A stretch of 64,000 nucleotides of DNA from Antedon mediterranea (lineage: Eukaryota > Animalia > Echinodermata), in NCBI RefSeq assembly GCF_964355755.1, contig NC_092676.1, positions 21,842,871 to 21,906,870 of the forward strand. The letters run 5' to 3'. The position numbers were made by a program, and so were the translations under genes. Position 1 is the stretch's first letter, and each line of letters starts with the position of its first letter. Below the pieces are notes generated by a model. The model did not search any database and was not told the origin of the DNA. It saw only the letters and a program-made list of their open reading frames with translations. Positions 47,278 to 64,000 of this stretch are shown in pieces.

Positions 47278-47616
47278 CGCTTGTGCTTCAGATATCAAGC
47301 ATCAAGGACACAGGCTTTTTTCCATTCTATAGCAATCAGGTTACCCCGTGTCTGGGACCAGCTTCCCAGACCGTTGACAGATGCTGCAGTCCTAGAAAGC
47401 CCATCAGCCTTCATTAGAAAAGTTCATATTCATTTTGATTCGCTGTAACTGTTTTTTTTTCTTTATGTCTTTTATGTGTAAACTGACTTTGGGGTTGGGT
47501 TCAGCTAAAGTGATTAAGTTCACTTAGGTTGACCCTGGTCTCCCCAATTTCAGTTTTTTTTGTTTTGTATATACTTAAATAGACCAAATAAATAATGAAA
47601 TGAAATTAAATTAAAT
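47278..47616 (+). mobile_element. 5'-truncated LINE 3' end (CR1/L2-like)
   Basis: Absent from the paralogous site at ~55840. Encodes RTQAFFHSIAIRLPRVWDQLP (ORF2 C-terminus-like) and ends in aataaa plus a (gaaat/taaat)n tail. Confidence 0.7.
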
Positions 47617-47912
47617 TACGTAATTTACCATCTACTTATTGGTAAACGTCGGAACTCGCGGAACAAACACAGTATGATTGAATTATTATACTGTAGTCTG
47701 TTCAGCTTCTTTCCTTCCTTTCGCTTATGCAAAATATTCATCAAAATTATTAATAGTTTTGTTTTAGCGATATTTCCTTTCTAAGCTCTAATACTATAAA
47801 CTGAGTGATAAAAAAAATGCTCTGACAATGCTACCTGTAACCGTCTAATAAACAACTCTTTGCTTATACTAATACAATTGTATCTATCACTGAACGTCTG
47901 ACCCATACATGT

Positions 47913-50453
<2,541 letters not shown>

Positions 50454-51288
50454 TCTGTGTAAATAGTCAATGTAGACGTTTATCTAAACTCCAAGTGGCT
50501 TCCTTTCTTAGTAACTATGAAGGAATATTTGGTCGATTAATATACATTATAATAATTTGCCATGGCATAATTGGATATGAAGGTTATCAATATAATAGAA
50601 ACTATTGTATTACGTCAAAGTTCACCGCGTTTTACTGTAGGCAAAAATAGCAGTGCATTTATAAGTGCAGTGAACTAGCATAAATAATAGAATCTACTTA
50701 AAACGAATAAATCATTCTTTTCTTTTGTCACCACCGTTTTTGTTTTCAATATGTATTTTTAAAATCAACAAAAATATATATTATATAAGATATTTATATT
50801 CAATTTTTAAAAATATACATTCTAAATAACCTCATTTTGTTAGCGCCGTGTTTAAATATTTTGTAGCCTAAATTCTCACATTATTATACTAGTTTTTTAA
50901 CTTTGATGTGTGAATGAGTTATATACATGTTATGTCTGTTGGTGAAGATCTTTGTGAGATAGATGTGTTACCAAATGTTGAGTTTCTAACCACAAATACA
51001 ACCTGAAACTAGATTTTAATTCGCCATTTTTATAAATTATAAGTGACCTTTGTGATTAAAAACACTTACGACGTTAAAATATGAGCGCAAAAACCTGACG
51101 TATGCCATAATAACGGTTAATACGGTTATGGTGTCATAGGATATACAGTATGCTGTATACTACAGTACATACAGTGTATCATAGGTAATTTTGACATAAT
51201 GACGTCAACAAAAAGAAACTTGAAGGCCGGTTGAAGCCAACTGAACCGTACTGGTGGTTACATTATGGTCCTATCGGAATAATTTTAA

Positions 51289-51428
51289 TAGGGACTTTAC
51301 GAAACAGGGCGGTTAAAAGAGGACGACGGATAGTTTGTGTTTGCTCTAGAGCGTAAAATCATATAGAGTCGGCATAGCCGTTGAGTACCCTCCTGTGGCT
51401 TCCCGTCCTGTTTCGTAAAGTCCCTAAT
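51289..51428. mobile_element. Short MITE (agggactttacgaaa termini)
   Basis: tagggactttacgaaacagg ... cctgtttcgtaaagtccctaa. The paralogous copy at ~60010-60152 has a 71-bp duplication of its left end. Confidence 0.6.
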
Positions 51429-51849
51429 GAATAATAATAGACGTTGATATTGATACTTATAACAAAATCAATAAACCAATATTTTTTAGCAGTGGTGATG
51501 ATAGCGTTTTATTTCATAGACTGTAATTTATATACTAGTCTGCATGAATAGAAACGCTAGAATATCATTTTTGTCTGAAATTCGAATCTTTATTAAAGAA
51601 GCACAGAAGCACAGAGAGAGCTGAACAAGAAAGACCTCCACGATAAACATCCTCAACTTTTTTTTTTTTTTTAATTGACAAAAGATAAACAAAAGGTCAT
51701 GCACACAGACTAGATATCCACGAAGGATGATCAGTGTTTATCCAAAACACACAAACAGTCTCTGGATTCAATCTCTAGAATTATAAAGGTCTTCAATTGG
51801 AAAGAACCCAGTTGAATGTAGTCAATGGCTTGACCTCGCTTGCTTTTAT

Positions 51850-52170
51850 TTTAAGGATACGTAAGCTTTATCAGCTTGCTTTCTGCCCCACACATTTAAG
51901 GATCCGTAAAATTTATCAGCTCGCTTACTGTCACATATTTAAGGATCCGTAAGCTTGTTCAGCTCGCTTTCAGCCACACAGTTAAGGATCCATAAGCTTG
52001 ATCAGCTCGCACACTGCCACACATTTAATGATCCGTAAGTTTGATCAGCTCGATTACTGCCATATATTATTTAAGGATTCGTAAAATTGATCAGCTGGCT
52101 TAGGCCTACTGCCACATATTTAAGGATCCGTAAGCTTGATCAGCTCACTTACTGCCATATATTTAAGGAA
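51850..52170. repeat. ~41-48-bp minisatellite downstream of SULT-C
   Basis: tttaaggatccgtaagcttgatcagctcgcttactgccacata units, ~7 copies. Confidence 0.85.
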
Positions 52171-52233
52171 AGGCCTTTTTATACCGTACGTTACTACTGA
52201 GCGTTATGTCCCGTTATGTAGAAAACTAACATT

Positions 52234-53191
<958 letters not shown>

Positions 53192-53353
53192 TATATAATA
53201 TGTAAAGACATACAATAACCTAAGATTTCGTTAAAATGTCGTGAAAATAGATACATTGTATGCCAAGCTGATGTTATTCAATGATGCTTACATTATGGTA
53301 TTACCAACATATAGTCTAGGCAAAAAATGTGAAAAAAAATGAGTTAGGGGGAG

Positions 53354-55355
53354 TGGAATGTTAGAGGCTGTCAACATAGCCAGATATCCTAATTAAACCC
53401 TTCTGACCACTAAACCCTTCTGACACTACAGTTTTTGCCTCGTATTAAAATGGCGGCCATTTTTCAAAATGGCCGCCATTTTTATATAAAATGTGGATAA
53501 AATCAGATCTAAATAAGGTAGATACACAATCTTGGTGTCTAAACACATGTACTTCAGACACGGAATCCATTAGGCCTTGTTGACACTTCAGTTTTTGCCT
53601 CGTATTAAAATGGCAGCCATTTTTCAAAATGGCCGCCATTTTTATTAAAATGTGGATAAAATCAGATCTAAATAAGGTAGATACACAATCTTGGTGTCTA
53701 AACACATGTACTTCAGACACGGAATCCATTAGGCCTTGTTGACACTTCAGTTTTTGCCTCGTATTTAAATGGCAGCCATTTTTCAAAATGGCCGCCATTT
53801 TTATATAAAATGTGGATAAAATCATATCTAAATAAGGTAGATACACAATCTTGGTGTCTAAACACATGTACTTCAGACACGAAATCCATTAGGCCTTGTT
53901 GACACTTCAGTTTTTGCCTCGTATTAAAATGGCAGCCATTTTAAAAAAATGGCCGCCATTTTTATATAAAATATGCATAAAATGAGATCTAAATAAGTTT
54001 TCTGGACAAGTAGTTCTCGAGAAAATGCAGTTTCAGTTTACTTTACTTTAAGACTGCTCGCCGGCTTTTGAAAATTCTCTCCTATCTTTTAACAATAGCA
54101 GGTCTGAAAATAATACTAAAAAGTGGTCCAAAATTGGGACCGTGGTCCGGATTGCCTCCAAAATGTAATGGAGTAGAACTTGACCACATATCTAGCTAAC
54201 CCTAATTTTGGTAAAGATCTCGCAATAACTTTTTGAGTAATCCTGCTAACAAACAGACAAACAAATGAAAGCACTCAAAAGCTGCAGTGAAGTACTTGGC
54301 AAAATATATCCACTGATAGAGAGCATGTTGAATGATACATTTTTTTTTGCTTTAGATATTATTAGCTTGACATAGTTCAAATCCAGCTGGGGTTTATAAT
54401 TTGGGTACGCGATAGACTACATATATCTCCTTAGCGGAGGTAAATAATATTAGTTTATGTAATAGGAGGGCCTACAGTCAAGATGAAACATCTGTGAAGT
54501 TACATGCAAATGAATTCAACAAAAGCTGAGGCTTTAAAATCCTAGTCATGGCTCTATACAAACTAAACCTTTACCAATTTGTAAAACAAATTCCAGATTT
54601 TCGATTTCATGAACAGATAAATTAGGTAACCATTTTGAAAAATGTTAGTTTAATTAATTAATTGTTTAAGTTAAATGCACATGTAGCTAACATTTTTCAA
54701 ATTTATTTATTATAGATTTAATGGATTGCTTGCCTGAAAAAAAACATGTGTTTAGACACCAAGATCATGCATATACCTTATTTAGATCCGATTTTACGCT
54801 ATTTCAATACGAGGCAAAATCTGAAGTGTCACCAAGACCTAATGGATTCCGTGAAGTACATGTGTTTAGACACCAAGATTGTGTATCTACCTTATTTAGA
54901 TCTGATTTTATCCACATTTTATATAAAAATGGCTGCCATTTCAATACGAGGCAAAAACTGAAGTGTCAACAAGGCCTAATGGATTCCGTGTCTGAAGTAC
55001 ATGTGTTTAGACACCAAGATTGTGTATTTACCTTATTTAGATCTGATTTTATCCACATTTTATATAAAAATGGCGGCCATTTTGAAAAATGGCTGCCATT
55101 TCAATACGAGGCAAAAACTGTATTGTCAACAAGGCCTAATGGATTCCGTGTCTGAAGTACATGTGTTTAGACACCAAGATTGTGTATCTGCCTTACTTAG
55201 ATCTGATTTTATCCACATTTTATACAAAAATGGCGGCCATTTTGAAAAATGGCCGCCATTTTAATACGAGGCAAAAACTGTAGTGTCAGAAGGGTTTAGT
55301 GATCAGAAGGGTTTAATTAGGATATCTTGCTATGTTGACAGCCTCTAACATTCCA
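53354..55355. mobile_element. 2-kb foldback element with inverted arms of ~160-bp tandem units
   Basis: tggaatgttagaggctgtcaacatagc.. / ..gctatgttgacagcctctaacattcca termini. About 3.5 units per arm (53431-53996; 54745-55280), each carrying aaaatggcggccatttt palindromes. Confidence 0.85.
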
Positions 55356-56106
55356 TTCCACACTTAATGTGCTCTCCACAGGTTGAATGGGTAGAGGAGT
55401 GGTTTGTGCAGACATGATTAGTTCAAAGATTGTTATGGATCCGTTTAAAATTGATCGGTTTGTTTTAAGCAGCCACATAGGCCTACTGTAAGGATCAACA
55501 AGCTGTTCTCAATCAAAAAAAAATTAAACATTTCAACATATTATACTAACCATAATTATACCGAAATTAACACAATGTAACATTTATTTGTAAAAAGTAA
55601 ACCTATTTCAAATACAGTACTACCAAGAGTGTCACTCTTCCCTAGTAGGCCTACTTGTGTGAGGCTATGTAGTACACTCTCGACACACGCATAACGGTTC
55701 TATTCTAAATTGGACAAAGTTGCTCCACACCTACGGTCAAAGACCGATACATTATATCTACCTACCCCTACATGCGCATTTTCCACGGAAAATATTTATA
55801 ATAGGCCTAAAGCATGTGTCAATATTCTGCATTTTAATGCATTACGTAATTTACCATCTACCTCTGGTAAACGTTGGAACTCGCGGAACGAACACGGTAT
55901 GATTGAATTATTATACTGTAGTCTGTTCAGCTTCTTTCCTTCCTTTCGCTTATGCAAAAAATTCATCAAAATTATTACTAATTGTTTTGTTTTAGCGATG
56001 TTTTCCTTTCTAAGCTGTAATACTTTAAACTGAGTGATAAAAAAAATGCAACTCTTTGCTTATACCAATACAATTGTATCTCACTGAACGTCTGACCCAT
56101 ATATGT

Positions 56107-58903
<2,797 letters not shown>

Positions 58904-59228
58904 TCTGTGTAAATAGTCAATGTAGACGTTTCTCTAAACTCCAAGTGGCTTCCTTTCTTAGTAACTATGAAGAAATATTTATACATTATAATGATTTGTC
59001 AAGGCATTATTGGATATAAAGGTTATCAATATAATAGAAACTATTGTATTACGTCAACGTTCACCGCGTTTTACTGTAGGCAAAAATAGCAGTGCATTGA
59101 TGCAGTGACCTAGCATAAATAATAGAAACTACTTAAAACGAATAAACTATTCTTTTCCTTTGTCACCACTGTTTTGTTGGCAATACTTATTTTTAAAATC
59201 TACAAAAACATATATTTTATAAGATATT

Positions 59229-59369
59229 TACAGTGGCCGATTTCAGCCAAATTAGGGCGTTATAACCCTGCATTAGGGCGTAATAACGCCGTATTAGGGC
59301 GTTATAACGATGTGTTAGGGCGTTATATTATAAAATAATGTTTTTCTTTGGCGGAAATTAGCCACCGTA
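59229..59369. mobile_element. 141-bp MITE with TAC..GTA ends, 6-bp TSD and four 21-bp repeats (IS3EU-like)
   Basis: gatatt|TACAGTGGCCGATTTC ... GAAATTAGCCACCGTA|gatatt. The empty site aagatatttatattc is in the paralog at ~50787. Confidence 0.8.
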
Positions 59370-60330
59370 GATATTTATATTCAATTTTTAAAAAGATACA
59401 TTTTAATTAACCTAACTAAATTTAAAAAAACTAAATTTGTTAGCGCAGTGTTTGATACGGTTTCACGCTATCTAAATAGTTTATAGCCTAAATTCTCACA
59501 ATAATTATGCTAGTTTTTTTAACTTTGATGTGTGGATGAGTGTTATGTCTGTTGGTGAAGATCTTTGTGAGAAAGATGTGTTACCAAATGTTGAGTTTCT
59601 AACCACAAATAACACCTAAAACTAGATTTTAATTCGTCATTTTGTATGAATTATAATGTGACCTTTGTGATTAAAAATAAAATCCAACATGTACTTAGGA
59701 CTTTAAAATAAGAGCGCAAAATCCTGACGTATGCCATCTTATAACCTTACGGTTATGGTGTCATATGATATACAGTAGGACCTATGCTGTATATTACAGA
59801 ACATACAGTCACAGGTGAAATTACGGGCCAACTTATATTCTAATTTTTGACATGATGATGTCAACAAAATGAAATTTAAAGGCCGGTTGAAAGCAACTGA
59901 ACCGTATTGGTCGTTACATTTTGGTCCTATCGGAATAATAGGGACTTTACGAAACAGGACGGTTAAAGGAGGACGACGGATAGTCTACATTTTGGTCCTA
60001 TCGGAATAATAGGGACTTTACGAAACAGGACGGTTAAAGGAGGACGACGGATAGTCTGTGTACTTGTTCGCTAGAGCGTAAAATCATATAGAGTTGGCAT
60101 AGCCGTTGAGTACCGTCCTGTGGCTTCCCGTCATATTTCGTAAAGTCCCTAATGAATAATAATAGACGTCGATATTGATACTATATAACAAAATCAATAA
60201 ACCAATATTTTTTAGCAGTGGTGATGATAGCGTTTTATTTCATACACTGTAATTTCTATACTAGTCTGCCCTAGTCTGCATGAATAGAAACGCTAGAATA
60301 TCATTTTTGTCTGAAATTCGAATCTTTATT

Positions 60331-60496
60331 GGACTCCCAGTCCACTCAGCTGTAAAATGAGTACCTGGTTTAAAATACTAGGGAGAAAAAAGGCGGCGTG
60401 GAAAGGAACTGGCCACCCTACCACATAATGCCGAGGCTTAGTAAAATTAGCTCCTAACAGCTCATTCCCCTACGTTCAGAGAACACGGGACTCACC
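60331..60496 (+). mobile_element. 5'-truncated SINE with conserved Nin/Deu-type core
   Basis: ccactcagctgtaaaatgagtacctgg core, TSD ctttatt (60324-60330, 60497-60503). The empty site is in the paralog at ~51588. Confidence 0.7.
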
Positions 60497-60754
60497 CCTT
60501 ATTAAAGAAGCACAAAGCTGAACAAGAAAGACCTCCACGATAAGCTTTCTCAGCTTTTATTTTCTTTTTAATTGGCAAAAGACAAACAAAAGGTCATGCA
60601 CACCGACTAGATATCATCCACGAAGGATGGTCAGCGTTTATCCAAAATACACAAATAGTCCCTGTATTTAATTTCTAGAATTATAACGGTCTTAATTGAA
60701 AAGCCAGTTGAATATAGTCAATGGCTTGACCTCGCTCGCTGTCATGTTATGGAT

Positions 60755-61073
60755 AAAGCTTGATCAGCTTGCTTTCTGCCACACATTTAAGGATCCGTAA
60801 AATTGATCAGCTCGCTTACTGCCATATATTTAAGGATCCCTAAGTTTGAATAGCTCGCTTACTGCCATATATTTAAGAATCCGTAGTTTGATCAGCTCGA
60901 TTACTGCCATATATTATTTAAGGATCCGTAAAATTGATCAGCTCGCTTACTGTCACACATTTAGAATTCGTAAGTTTGATCAGCTCGATTACTGCTATAT
61001 ATTATTTAAGGATCCGTAAAATGTATCAGCTCGTTTACTGTCACTCATGTAGAATTCGTAAGTTTGATCAGCT
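60755..61073. repeat. ~41-44-bp minisatellite (paralog of 51850-52170)
   Basis: Same tttaaggatccgtaa..tgatcagctcgcttactgcca unit. Confidence 0.85.
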
Positions 61074-61097
61074 CCCGTTATGTAGAACACTAACATT

Positions 61098-63659
<2,562 letters not shown>

Positions 63660-64000
63660 CTGTATAAGATAAAGATTAATAATACATAAAAAGGTGATAG
63701 AAGAAAAACTCTACTGGAACGTACAAATATATTTCCTCCCTGAAGGAAATTGTGTTGAATAGGCCTAGGCCATCCCAGAATATTACATTTATTAAAATTG
63801 ATTAAATATTGGATGGAAAAAAAACCCAAATTTTACCAGAAAAAAATCAACGGGCACCTCCTATCCAACTCACTACAGTGTCTCAAATTTTAATCTGCGC
63901 CGTTGATGCTGGCACCCAGCAGAAATGATCCACGCAACTCATCATCACTCACGTACAAACGAGAGGGTGACGCAGCATTGAGTAATTTGACTAAACACAA

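Noticed and set aside
53445-55264. Repetitive ORFs (MCLDTKIVYLPY.., KMAAILKNG..)
   Set aside because: They are translations of the 160-bp transposon subterminal repeats
59252-59322. Interstitial telomeric repeats
   Set aside because: TTAGGG occurs singly every 21 bp inside a MITE, not as a tandem array

Overview
AT-rich, intron-containing animal (invertebrate-type) genomic DNA, with no prokaryotic features. From left to right: (1) a JMJD7 gene with 7 coding exons (minus strand). (2) A 3-exon gene missed by the ORF track, encoding a 219-aa type II membrane protein with an acidic Ser-rich / Gly-His-rich / Pro-Arg-rich ectodomain (plus strand, head-to-head with JMJD7). This is the most unusual host gene here. 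(3) A ~18-exon glutamate carboxypeptidase II/NAALADase-family gene (minus) whose intron holds a 1.46-kb nested palindrome built of 21-bp units. (4) A tandem cluster of five cytosolic sulfotransferase copies (minus): two apparently intact, one running off the window, one truncated, and one split by stacked insertions. Those insertions are a near-intact LINE, a very young Gmr1-type (PR-INT-RT-RH order) LTR retrotransposon, a P-type MITE inside its LTR, and an 821-bp duplication. Many small DNA-transposon derivatives are also present, including two tiny hairpins that look like P-element excision footprints. Exon boundaries were read by eye from GT/AG sites and reading-frame continuity. Family names come from recalled motifs, not database searches.
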